From: the human T2T-CHM13v2.0 reference genome, Homo sapiens
Assembly (NCBI RefSeq): GCF_009914755.1
Contig: NC_060948.1
Reading direction: 5' to 3' (one strand)
DNA length: 64,000 nucleotides
This document shows positions 14,297-28,531 of the stretch, one piece after another. The position numbers and the translations under genes are program-made. How positions within the stretch are numbered: the stretch's first letter is position 1; every line of letters starts with the position of its first letter. The notes beneath the pieces are model-generated. The model was not told the DNA's origin. It did no database searches and saw nothing but the letters and a program-made list of their open reading frames with translations.

Positions 14297-17200
14297 GAAT
14301 TCATTGGAATGGAAGGGAATGTAGTGTAATGGACAGGCCTGGAATAAAGTGGAATGCTACGGTCTCGAATGGAATAAAAATGTATGGAATGGAATGCAAT
14401 GAAACGGAATCGAATGTCATAGAATGTAATGGAATGCAAAAAAATGGAATCCAAAATCATTGACTGGAAAGGCTGGGTGTCGAAAGGAATTGACTCCAAT
14501 GGAATGGAATCGAATGGAATGGAAGTGAATAGAATCGAACTAAATCGAATGGAATGGAATTGATAGGAACGGAATGGAAAGGAATGCAATGATTTGGCAT
14601 GGAATGGAATCGAATGGCATCGAATGGAATGGAATGGAATGCAATGGAATGGAATGTATTAGAATGTAATGAACTTTAATGGAATGTACTCGAATGGATT
14701 CGACTGGAATGGAATGTTCTGGAAGTGAATGGACTCCAATGGAATGGATTCAAAAGGAATGGAATCGTACGGAATGGAATCTAATGGAATGGAATTAAAT
14801 GGAAATGAATCAAATTGAATAGCACGGAATTGAATTGAATGGAATGGAATGCAATGGAATCTAATGAAACGGAAAGGAAAGGAATGGAATGGAATGGAAT
14901 GGGCTGGAATGGAAAGGAATCGAAACGAATGGAATGGAATCGAAGTGAAGAGACTGGAATGGAATGCACTGGAATGGAAGGGAGTGTAATGGAAGGTTCT
15001 CGAAAAAAATGGAATCGAATGGAATGGAATTGAATGGAACGGAATAGAGTCGAATGGAATTGAATGGAATGGAATGGACTAGAGTGAAATGGAATCGAAC
15101 CACAAGGAATGGACAGGAATAGAATGGTCTCGAATTGAATGGAATCGTATGGAATGGCATCAAACGGAATGGAATGGACAGCCACGGAATGGAATGCACT
15201 CGAATGCAATGGAGTCGAAACTAATGGACTGGAATAGAATGGACTCGACTGGTACGGACTCCAATGGAATGGAATCGAATGGAAGGGAATGGAACGGAAG
15301 GGAATCGAACGGAATGGACTCGAAGGGAAAAGACTGCAATGGAAAGGTCTCGAATGGAATGGAAATTAATGGAATGGAATGGAATCGAATGAAATGGAGT
15401 CAAAAGGAATGGAATCGAATGGCAAGAAATCGAATGTAATGGAATCGCCAGGAATTGATGTGAACGGAACGGAATGGAATGGAATCCAAAGGAATGGAAT
15501 AGAATGGAATGGAATCGAATGGAAAGGACTCGAATGGAAATCACTCGAATAGAATGCAATTTAATAAAATAGGATCAAATGTAATGGAATGGAATGGAAA
15601 GGAATCGAAACGAAAGGAATGGAGACAGATGGAATGGAATGGAACAGAGAGCAATGGTATAGAATGGAATGGAATCATCTGGAATGGAATTGAATTTAAT
15701 GGAATAATATGAAATGGAATGGAATGGAATGGAATGGAATGCCCTTGAATTAAATGGACTGGAATGGAATGGACTCCAACAGAGTGGAATGGAAAGTGTG
15801 GAGATAGAATGGAATGAACTCCTTTGGAATGGTGTAGTATGCAATGCAATCGACTGGCAGGGAATCAAAAGGAATGTAATCGAATGGATTGGACTGGAAT
15901 GCAATGGACTCGAATAGATTGGAAACGGAATGCAAAGGAATGGAATGGAATAGTATGTAATGCAATGGAAGGGAATGGAGTGGAATAGACTAGAGTGGAA
16001 TGGAATGTACTGGAAAGCAATGGACTGGAATGGAACTTTCTTGGATGGACTGGAATCAAACGGAATGGAATGCAATGCAATCAAATGGCATGGAATAAAA
16101 TAGAATGAAAGAGAATCAAATGGAATTGAATCGAATGGAATCGAATGGATTGGAAAGGAATAGAATGGAATGGAATGGTATTGACTCAAATGGAATGGAC
16201 TAGAATGGAATGGATTCGAATGGAAGGCAAAGGAAAGGAATCTATTGGAATGGACTGTAATGGAATGGAATGGAAGGGATTGGAATGGACTCGAATGGAA
16301 TGGACTGCAATAGAAAGGATTCGAATGGAATGAAAAAGAATTGAATGGAATAGAACAGAATGGAATCAAATCGAATGAAATGGAATGGAATAGAAAGGAA
16401 TGGAATGAAATGGAATGGAAAGGATTCGAATGGAATGCAATCGAATGGAATGGAATCGAACGGAATGGAATAAAATGGAAGAAAACTGGCAAGAAATGGA
16501 ATCGAAATGAATGGAGTGTTATGGAACGGACTCAAAAGGAATTGAATGTAACAGAATGGAGTGGAGTGGACTCGAATATAATGGAGTGGAATGGAATGAA
16601 ATCACATGGAATGGGAACGAATGGAATGGAATGGAAAGGAATGGAATCGAATGGAAAGGAATCGAATGGAAGGTAATGAAATTGAATCAACAGGAATGGA
16701 AGGGAATAGAATAGACTGTAATGGAATGGACTCGAATAGAATGGACACGAATGCTCAAATTAAATGGACTCGAATGGAATGGAAACGAAAGGAATGTCAT
16801 CGAATGGAATTGAATCGATTGGAATGAAATCGCATAGAATGGAGTGGAATCAAATGGAATTGAATCGAAAGGAAAGGAAGCGAATGGACTGAAATGAAAT
16901 GGAATGGAATTGAATGGAAAGTAATGCAATGGAATAGAATGGAACGAAATTTCACGGAATGGAATCAAACTGAATGGAATCAAATCAATGGAATCAAATC
17001 AAATGGAATGGAAAGGAATTGAATGGAGTAGATGGGATTGGATGGGATTGGAATGAAATGTACTGGAAAGGACTCGAATTTCATGAAACGGAATGGAATG
17101 AATTGGAACGGAATGGACTCGAATGGAATGGAATGTCATGGGATGGCATCAAATGGAATGGCATCAAATGGAATGGAATCGAATGCAATGGAATGCTATG

Positions 17201-17865
17201 GAATGGAATGGAATGCATTGGAATGGAATGTCCTCTAATGGAATGGATTCGAGTGGAATGGAATTGAATATAATGGAGTCGAATGAAATGGAATTGAAAG
17301 GAATGGGATCGAATACAATGGAATATACTGGAATGTAAGGTAATGAACTCGAATGTAATTGACTGGAATGGAATGTACATGAATGGAATGTAATCGAATG
17401 GAAAGTAATCCAATGGAATAGAATCTAATGCAATAAAATCGACTCAGATAGAGTAGAATGTAATGGAATGGAGTGCAGTGCAATGGAATGGAATGGAATG
17501 CAATGGAATGGAATGGAATGGAATGGAATGGAATGGAATGGAATGGAATGGAATGGGATGGAATGGTATGGAATGGATAGTAATGGACTGGAGTGAAATG
17601 GACTGGAAAGGAATGGACTCAAATTGAAAGGGCTCGAAAGGAATGGAGTCAAATGGAATGGTCTGGAATGGAATGAACACGAATGTAATGCAACCCAATA
17701 GAATGGAATCGAATGGCATGGAATATAAAGAAATGGAATCGAAGAGAATGGAAACAAATGGAATGGAATTGAATGGAATGGGAACGAATGGAGTGAAATT
17801 GTATGCAGTAGAAGAGAATAGAATGGAATGCAAGCGAAAGGAAAGGAATGGATTGGAATGGAATG
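14297..17865 (+). repeat. Unit U5, 3569 bp, clade A
   Basis: Clade A markers plus CGAAGTGAAG 14941, GGAAGGTAATG ~16668, GTAAGGTAAT ~17335. Confidence 0.9.
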
Positions 17866-20800
17866 GAATTCATTGGAATGGAAGGGAATGTAGTGTAATG
17901 GACAGGCCTGGAATAAAGTGGAATGCTACGGTCTCGAATGGAATAAAAATGTATGGAATGGAATGCAATGAAACGGAATCGAATGTCATAGAATGTAATG
18001 GAATGCAAAAAAATGGAATCCAAAATCATTGACTGGAAAGGCTGGGTGTCGAAAGGAATTGACTCCAATGGAATGGAATCGAATGGAATGGAAGTGAATA
18101 GAATCGAACTAAATCGAATGGAATGGAATTGATAGGAACGGAATGGAAAGGAATGCAATGATTTGGCATGGAATGGAATCGAATGGCATCGAATGGAATG
18201 GAATGGAATGCAATGGAATGGAATGTATTAGAATGTAATGAACTTTAATGGAATGTACTCGAATGGATTCGACTGGAATGGAATGTTCTGGAAGTGAATG
18301 GACTCCAATGGAATGGATTCAAAAGGAATGGAATCGTACGGAATGGAATCTAATGGAATGGAATTAAATGGAAATGAATCAAATTGAATAGCACGGAATT
18401 GAATTGAATGGAATGGAATGCAATGGAATCTAATGAAACGGAAAGGAAAGGAATGGAATGGAATGGAATGGGCTGGAATGGAAAGGAATCGAAACGAATG
18501 GAATGGAATCGAAGTGAAGAGACTGGAATGGAATGCACTGGAATGGAAGGGAGTGTAATGGAAGGTTCTCGAAAAAAATGGAATCGAATGGAATGGAATT
18601 GAATGGAACGGAATAGAGTCGAATGGAATTGAATGGAATGGAATGGACTAGAGTGAAATGGAATCGAACCACAAGGAATGGACAGGAATAGAATGGTCTC
18701 GAATTGAATGGAATCGTATGGAATGGCATCAAACGGAATGGAATGGACAGCCACGGAATGGAATGCACTCGAATGCAATGGAGTCGAAACTAATGGACTG
18801 GAATAGAATGGACTAGACTGGTACGGACTCCAATGGAATGGAATCGAATGGAAGGGAATGGAACGGAAGGGAATCGAACGGAATGGACTCGAAGGGAAAA
18901 GACTGCAATGGAAAGGTCTCGAATGGAATGGAAATTAATGGAATGGAATGGAATCGAATGAAATGGAGTCAAAAGGAATGGAATCGAATGGCAAGAAATC
19001 GAATGTAATGGAATCGCCAGGAATTGATGTGAACGGAACGGAATGGAATGGAATCCAAAGGAATGGAATAGAATGGAATGGAATCGAATGGAAAGGACTC
19101 GAATGGAAATCACTCGAATAGAATGCAATTTAATAAAATAGGATCAAATGTAATGGAATGGAATGGAAAGGAATCGAAACGAAAGGAATGGAGACAGATG
19201 GAATGGAATGGAACAGAGAGCAATGGTATAGAATGGAATGGAATCATCTGGAATGGAATTGAATTTAATGGAATAATATGAAATGGAATGGAATGGAATG
19301 GAATGGAATGCCCTTGAATTAAATGGACTGGAATGGAATGGACTCAAACAGAGTGGAATGGAAAGTGTGGAGATAGAATGGAATGAACTCCTTTGGAATG
19401 GTGTAGTATGCAATGCAATCGACTGGCAGGGAATCAAAAGGAATGTAATCGAATGGATTGGACTGGAATGCAATGGACTCGAATAGATTGGAAACGGAAT
19501 GCAAAGGAATGGAATGGAATAGTATGTAATGCAATGGAAGGGAATGGAGTGGAATAGACTAGAGTGGAATGGAATGTACTGGAAAGCAATGGACTGGAAT
19601 GGAACTTTCTTGGATGGACTGGAATCAAACGGAATGGAATGCAATGCAATCAAATGGCATGGAATAAAATAGAATGAAAGAGAATCAAATGGAATTGAAT
19701 CGAATGGAATCGAATGGATTGGAAAGGAATAGAATGGAATGGAATGGTATTGACTCAAATGGAATGGACTAGAATGGAATGGATTCGAATGGAAGGCAAA
19801 GGAAAGGAATCTATTGGAATGGACTGTAATGGAATGGAATGGAAGGGATTGGAATGGACTCGAATGGAATGGACTGCAATAGAAAGGATTCGAATGGAAT
19901 GAAAAAGAATTGAATGGAATAGAACAGAATGGAATCAAATCGAATGAAATGGAATGGAATAGAAAGGAATGGAATGAAATGGAATGGAAAGGATTCGAAT
20001 GGAATGCAATCGAATGGAATGGAATCGAACGGAATGGAATAAAATGGAAGAAAACTGGCAAGAAATGGAATCGAAATGAATGGAGTGTTATGGAACGGAC
20101 TCAAAAGGAATTGAATGTAACAGAATGGAGTGGAGTGGACTCGAATATAATGGAGTGGAATGGAATGAAATCACATGGAATGGGAACGAATGGAATGGAA
20201 TGGAAAGGAATGGAATCGAATGGAAAGGAATCGAATGGAAGGTAATGAAATTGAATCAACAGGAATGGAAGGGAATAGAATAGACTGTAATGGAATGGAC
20301 TCGAATAGAATGGACACGAATGCTCAAATTAAATGGACTCGAATGGAATGGAAACGAAAGGAATGTCATCGAATGGAATTGAATCGATTGGAATGAAATC
20401 GCATAGAATGGAGTGGAATCAAATGGAATTGAATCGAAAGGAAAGGAAGCGAATGGACTGAAATGAAATGGAATGGAATTGAATGGAAAGTAATGCAATG
20501 GAATAGAATGGAACGAAATTTCACGGAATGGAATCAAACTGAATGGAATCAAATCAATGGAATCAAATCAAATGGAATGGAAAGGAATTGAATGGAGTAG
20601 ATGGGATTGGATGGGATTGGAATGAAATGTACTGGAAAGGACTCGAATTTCATGAAACGGAATGGAATGAATTGGAACGGAATGGACTCGAATGGAATGG
20701 AATGTCATGGGATGGCATCAAATGGAATGGCATCAAATGGAATGGAATCGAATGCAATGGAATGCTATGGAATGGAATGGAATGCATTGGAATGGAATGT

Positions 20801-21424
20801 CCTCTAATGGAATGGATTCGAGTGGAATGGAATTGAATATAATGGAGTCGAATGAAATGGAATTGAAAGGAATGGGATCGAATACAATGGAATATACTGG
20901 AATGTAAGGTAATGAACTCGAATGTAATTGACTGGAATGGAATGTACATGAATGGAATGTAATCGAATGGAAAGTAATCCAATGGAATAGAATCTAATGC
21001 AATAAAATCGACTCAGATAGAGTAGAATGTAATGGAATGGAGTGCAGTGCAATGGAATGGAATGGAATGCAATGGAATGGAATGGAATGGAATGGAATGG
21101 AATGGAATGGAATGGGATGGAATGGTATGGAATGGATAGTAATGGACTGGAGTGAAATGGACTGGAAAGGAATGGACTCAAATTGAAAGGGCTCGAAAGG
21201 AATGGAGTCAAATGGAATGGTCTGGAATGGAATGAACACGAATGTAATGCAACCCAATAGAATGGAATCGAATGGCATGGAATAGAAAGAAATGGAATCG
21301 AAGAGAATGGAAACAAATGGAATGGAATTGAATGGAATGGGAACGAATGGAGTGAAATTGTATGCAGTAGAAGAGAATAGAATGGAATGCAAGCGAAAGG
21401 AAAGGAATGGATTGGAATGGAATG
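17866..21424 (+). repeat. Unit U6, 3559 bp, clade A
   Basis: Near-identical to U5; ORF-track translations match at a 3569-bp offset. Confidence 0.9.
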
Positions 21425-24400
21425 GAATTCATTGGAATGGAAGGGAATGTAGTGTAATGGACAGGCCTGGAATAAAGTGGAATGCTACGGTCTCGAATGG
21501 AATAAAAATGTATGGAATGGAATGCAATGAAACGGAATCGAATGTCATAGAATGTAATGGAATGCAAAAAAATGGAATCCAAAATCATTGACTGGAAAGG
21601 CTGGGTGTCGAAAGGAATTGACTCCAATGGAATGGAATCGAATGGAATGGAAGTGAATAGAATCGAACTAAATCGAATGGAATGGAATTGATAGGAACGG
21701 AATGGAAAGGAATGCAATGATTTGGCATGGAATGGAATCGAATGGCATCGAATGGAATGGAATGGAATGCAATGGAATGGAATGTATTAGAATGTAATGA
21801 ACTTTAATGGAATGTACTCGAATGGATTCGACTGGAATGGAATGTTCTGGAAGTGAATGGACTCCAATGGAATGGATTCAAAAGGAATGGAATCGTACGG
21901 AATGGAATCTAATGGAATGGAATTAAATGGAAATGAATCAAATTGAATAGCACGGAATTGAATTGAATGGAATGGAATGCAATGGAATCTAATGAAACGG
22001 AAAGGAAAGGAATGGAATGGAATGGGCTGGAATGGAAAGGAATCGAAACGAATGGAATGGAATCGAACTGAAGAGACTGGAATGGAATTCACTGGAATGG
22101 AAGGGAGTGTAATGGAAGGTTCTCGAAAAAAATGGAATCGAATGGAATGGAATTGAATGGAACGGAATAGAGTCGAATGGAATTGAATGGAATGGAATGG
22201 ACTAGAGTGAAGTGGAATCGAACCACAAGGAATGGACAGGAATAGAATGGTCTCGAATTGAATGGAATCGTATGGAATGGCATCAAACGGAATGGAATGG
22301 ACAGCCACGGAATGGAATGCACTCGAATGCAATGGAGTCGAAACTAACGGACTGGAATAGAATGGACTCGACTGGTACGGACTCCAATGGAATGGAATCG
22401 AATGGAAGGGAATCGAACGGAAGGGAATCGAAAGGAATGGACTCGAAGGGAAAAGACTGCAATGGAAAGGTCTCGAATAGAATGGAAATTAATGGAATGG
22501 AATGGAGTCGAATGAAATGGAGTCAAAAGGAATGGAATCGAATGGCAAGAAATCGAATGTAATGGAATCGCAAGGAATTGATGTGAACGGAACGGAATGG
22601 AATGGAATCCAAAGGAATGGAATAGAATGGAATGGAATCGAATGGAAAGGACTCGAATGGAAATCACTCGAATAGAATGCAATTTAATAAAATAGGATCA
22701 AATGTAATGGAATGGAATGGAAAGGAATCGAAACGAAAGGAATGGAGACAGATGGAATGGAATGGAACAGAGAGCAATGGTATAGAATGGAATGGAATCA
22801 TCTGGAATGGAATTGAATTTAATGGAATAATATGAAATGGAATGGAATGGAATGGAATGGAATGCCCTTGAATTAAATGGACTGGAATGGAATGGACTCA
22901 AACAGAGTGGAATGGAAAGTGTGGAGATAGAATGGAATGAACTCCTTTGGAATGGTGTAGTATGCAATGCAATCGACTGGCAGGGAATCAAAAGGAATGT
23001 AATCGAATGGATTGGACTGGAATGCAATGGACTCGAATAGATTGGAAACGGAATGCAAAGGAATGGAATGGAATAGTATGTAATGCAATGGAAGGGAATG
23101 GAGTGGAATAGACTAGAGTGGAATGGAATGTACTGGAAAGCAATGGACTGGAATGGAACTTTCTTGGATGGACTGGAATCAAACGGAATGGAATGCAATG
23201 CAATCAAATGGCATGGAATAAAATAGAATGAAAGAGAATCAAATGGAATTGAATCGAATGGAATCGAATGGATTGGAAAGGAATAGAATGGAATGGAATG
23301 GTATTGACTCAAATGGAATGGACTAGAATGGAATGGATTCGAATGGAAGGCAAAGGAAAGGAATCTATTGGAATGGACTGTAATGGAATGGAATGGAAGG
23401 GATTGGAATGGACTCGAATGGAATGGACTGCAATAGAAAGGATTCGAATGGAATGAAAAAGAATTGAATGGAATAGAACAGAATGGAATCAAATCGAATG
23501 AAATGGAATGGAATAGAAAGGAATGGAATGAAATGGAATGGAAAGGATTCGAATGGAATGCAATCGAATGGAATGGAATCGAACGGAATGGAATAAAATG
23601 GAAGAAAACTGGCAAGAAATGGAATCGAAATGAATGGAGTGTTATGGAACGGACTCAAAAGGAATTGAATGTAACAGAATGGAGTGGAGTGGACTCGAAT
23701 ATAATGGAGTGGAATGGAATGAAATCACATGGAATGGGAACGAATGGAATGGAATGGAAAGGAATGGAATCGAATGGAAAGGAATCGAATGGAAGGTAAT
23801 GAAATTGAATCAACAGGAATGGAAGGGAATAGAATAGACTGTAATGGAATGGACTCGAATAGAATGGACACGAATGCTCAAATTAAATGGACTCGAATGG
23901 AATGGAAACGAAAGGAATGTCATCGAATGGAATTGAATCGATTGGAATGAAATCGCATAGAATGGAGTGGAATCAAATGGAATTGAATCGAAAGGAAAGG
24001 AAGCGAATGGACTGAAATGAAATGGAATGGAATTGAATGGAAAGTAATGCAATGGAATAGAATGGAACGAAATTTCACGGAATGGAATCAAACTGAATGG
24101 AATCAAATCAATGGAATCAAATCAAATGGAATGGAAAGGAATTGAATGGAGTAGATGGGATTGGATGGGATTGGAATGAAATGTACTGGAAAGGACTCGA
24201 ATTTCATGAAACGGAATGGAATGAATTGGAACGGAATGGACTCGAATGGAATGGAATGTCATGGGATGGCATCAAATGGAATGGCATCAAATGGAATGGA
24301 ATCGAATGCAATGGAATGCTATGGAATGGAATGGAATGCATTGGAATGGAATGTCCTCTAATGGAATGGATTCGAGTGGAATGGAATTGAATATAATGGA

Positions 24401-24978
24401 GTCGAATGAAATGGAATTGAAAGGAATGGGATCGAATACAATGGAATATACTGGAATGTAAGGTAATGAACTCGAATGTAATTGACTGGAATGGAATGTA
24501 CATGAATGGAATGTAATCGAATGGAAAGTAATCCAATGGAATAGAATCTAATGCAATAAAATCGACTCAGATAGAGTAGAATGTAATGGAATGGAGTGCA
24601 GTGCAATGGAATGGAATGGAATGCAATGGAATGGAATGGAATGGAATGGAATGGAATGGAATGGAATGGGATGGAATGGTATGGAATGGATAGTAATGGA
24701 CTGGAGTGAAATGGACTGGAAAGGAATGGACTCAAATTGAAAGGGCTCGAAAGGAATGGAGTCAAATGGAATGGTCTGGAATGGAATGAACACGAATGTA
24801 ATGCAACCCAATAGAATGGAATCGAATGGCATGGAATAGAAAGAAATGGAATCGAAGAGAATGGAAACAAATGGAATGGAATTGAATGGAATGGGAACGA
24901 ATGGAGTGAAATTGTATGCAGTAGAAGAGAATAGAATGGAATGCAAGCGAAAGGAAAGGAATGGATTGGAATGGAATG
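21425..24978 (+). repeat. Unit U7, 3554 bp, chimeric (clade B-type 5' part, clade A-type 3' part)
   Basis: 5' part shares the extra EcoRI (22085), GTGAAGTGG and ACTAACGG with U8. 3' part shares GAATTTAATGG (~22815), GGTATTGACTC and GTAACAGAAT with U4-U6. Confidence 0.85.
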
Positions 24979-27900
24979 GAATTCATTGGAATGGAAGGGA
25001 ATGTAGTGTAATGGACAGGCCTGGAATAAAGTGGAATGCTACGGTCTCGAATGGAATAAAAATGTATGGAATGGAATGCAATGAAACGGAATCGAATGTC
25101 ATAGAATGTAATGGAATGCAAAAAAATGGAATCCAAAATCATTGACTGGAAAGGCTGGGTGTCGAAAGGAATTGACTCCAATGGAATGGAATCGAATGGA
25201 ATGGAAGTGAATAGAATCGAACTAAATCGAATGGAATGGAATTGATAGGAACGGAATGGAAAGGAATGCAATGATTTGGCATGGAATGGAATCGAATGGC
25301 ATCGAATGGAATGGAATGGAATGCAATGGAATGGAATGTATTAGAATGTAATGAACTTTAATGGAATGTACTCGAATGGATTCGACTGGAATGGAATGTT
25401 CTGGAAGTGAATGGACTCCAATGGAATGGATTCAAAAGGAATGGAATCGTACGGAATGGAATCTAATGGAATGGAATTAAATGGAAATGAATCAAATTGA
25501 ATAGCACGGAATTGAATTGAATGGAATGGAATGCAATGGAATCTAATGAAACGGAAAGGAAAGGAATGGAATGGAATGGGCTGGAATGGAAAGGAATCGA
25601 AACGAATGGAATGGAATCGAACTGAAGAGACTGGAATGGAATTCACTGGAATGGAAGGGAGTGTAATGGAAGGTTCTCGAAAAAAATGGAATCGAATGGA
25701 ATGGAATTGAATGGAACGGAATAGAGTCGAATGGAATTGAATGGAATGGAATGGACTAGAGTGAAGTGGAATCGAACCACAAGGAATGGACAGGAATAGA
25801 ATGGTCTCGAATTGAATGGAATCGTATGGAATGGCATCAAACGGAATGGAATGGACAGCCACGGAATGGAATGCACTCGAATGCAATGGAGTCGAAACTA
25901 ACGGACTGGAATAGAATGGACTCGACTGGTACGGACTCCAATGGAATGGAATCGAATGGAAGGGAATCGAACGGAAGGGAATCGAAAGGAATGGACTCGA
26001 AGGGAAAAGACTGCAATGGAAAGGTCTCGAATAGAATGGAAATTAATGGAATGGAATGGAGTCGAATGAAATGGAGTCAAAAGGAATGGAATCGAATGGC
26101 AAGAAATCGAATGTAATGGAATCGCAAGGAATTGATGTGAACGGAACGGAATGGAATGGAATCCAAAGGAATGGAATAGAATGGAATGGAATCGAATGGA
26201 AAGGACTCGAATGGAAATCACTCGAATAGAATGCAATTTAATAAAATAGGATCAAATGTAATGGAATGGAATGGAAAGGAATCGAAACGAAAGGAATGGA
26301 GACAGATGGAATGGAATGGAACAGAGAGCAATGGTATAGAATGGAATGGAATCATCTGGAATGGAATTGAATGGAATGGAATAATATGAAATGGAATGGA
26401 ATGGAATGGAATGCCCTTGAATTAAATGGACTGGAATGGAATGGACTCAAACAGAGTGGAATGGAAAGTGTGGAGATAGAATGGAATGAACTCCTTCGGA
26501 ATGGTCTAGTAGGCAATGCAATCGACTGGCAGGGAATCAAAAGGAATGTAATCGAATGGATTGGACTGGAATGCAATGGACTCGAATAGATTGGAAACGG
26601 AATGCAAAGAATGGAATGGAATAGTATGGAATGGAATGGAAAGGAATGGAGTGGAACAGACTAGAGTGGAATGGAATGGACTGGAAAGCAATGGACTGGA
26701 ATGGAACTTTCTTGAATGGACTGGAATCAAACGGAATGGAATGCAATGCAATCAAATGGCATGGAATAAAATAGAATGAAAGAGAATCAAATGGAATTGA
26801 ATCGAATGGAATCGAATGGATTGGAAAGGAATAGAATGGAATGGAATGGAATTGACTCAAATGGAATGGACTAGAATGGAATGGATTCGAATGGAAGGCA
26901 AAGGAATGGAATCTATTGGAATGGACTGTAATGGAATGGAATGGAAGGGATTGGAATGGACTCGAATGGAATGGACTGCAATAGAAAGGATTCGAATGGA
27001 ATGAAAAAGAATTGAATGGAATAGAACAGAATGGAATCAAATCGAATGAAATGGAATGGAATAGAAAGGAATGGAATGAAATGGAATGGAAAGGATTCGA
27101 ATGGAATGCAATCGAATGGAATGGAATCGAACGGAATGGAATAAAATGGAAGAAAACTGGCAAGAAATGGAATCGAAATGAATGGAGTGTTATGGAACGG
27201 ACTCAAAAGGAATTGAATGTAATAGAATGGAGTGGAGTGGACTCGAATATAATGGACTGGAATGGAATGAAATCACATGGAATGGGAACGAATGGAATGG
27301 AATGGAAAGGAATGGAATCGAATGGAAAGGAATCGAATGGAAGGGAATGAAATTGAATCAACAGGAATGGAAGGGAATAGAATAGACGGTAATGGAATGG
27401 ACTCGAATAGAATGGACACGAATGCTCAAATTGAATGGACTCGAATGGAATGGAAACGAAAGGAATGTCATCGAATGGAATTGAATCGATTGGAATGAAA
27501 TCGCATAGAATGGAGTGGAATCAAATGGAATTGAATCGAAAGGAAAGGAAGCGAATGGACTGAAATGAAATGGAATGGAATTGAATGGAAAGTAATGCAA
27601 TGGAATAGAATGGAACGAAATTTCACGGAATGGAATCAAACTGAATGGAATCAAATCAATGGAATCAAATCAAATGGAATGGAAAGGAATTGAATGGAGT
27701 AGATGGGATTGGATGGGATTGGAATGAAATGTACTGGAAAGGACTCGAATTTCATGAAACGGAATGGAATGAATTGGAACGGAATGGACTCGAATGGAAT
27801 GGAATGTCATGGGATGGCATCAAATGGAATGGCATCAAATGGAATGGAATCGAATGCAATGGAATGCTATGCAATGGAATGGAATGCATTGGCATGGAAT

Positions 27901-28531
27901 GTCCTCTAATGGAATGGATTCGAGTGGAATGGAATTGAATATAATGGAGTCGAATGAAATGGAATTGAAAGGAATGGGATCGAATACAATGGAATATACT
28001 GGAATGTAACGTAATGACCTCGAATGTAATTGACTGGAATGGAATGTACATGAATGGAATGTAATCGAATGGAAAGTAATCCAATGGAATAGAATCCAAT
28101 GCAATAAAATCGACTCAGATAGAGTAGAATGTAATGGAATGGAGTGCAGTGCAATGGAATGGAATGGAATGGAATGCAATGGAATGGAATGGAATGGAAT
28201 GGAATGGAATGGAATGGAATGGGATGGAATGGTATGGAATGGATAGTAATGGACTGGAGTGAAATGGACTGGAAAGGAATGGACTCAAATTGAAAGGGCT
28301 CGAAAGGAATGGAGTCAAAAGGAATGGTCTGGAATGGAATGAACACGAATGTAATGCAACCCAATAGAATGGAATCGAATGGCATGGAATATAAAGAAAT
28401 GGAATCGAAGAGAATGGAAACAAATGGAATGGAATTGAATGGAATGGGAACGAATGGAGTGAAATTGTATGCAGTAGAAGAGAATAGAATGGAATGCAAG
28501 CGAAAGGAAAGGAATGGATTGGAATGGAATG
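24979..28531 (+). repeat. Unit U8, 3553 bp, first clade B unit
   Basis: Extra EcoRI at 25639. First occurrence of the 1-bp deletion GCAAAGAAT (~26604) and of GGTCTAGTAGGC (~26503). Confidence 0.88.
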
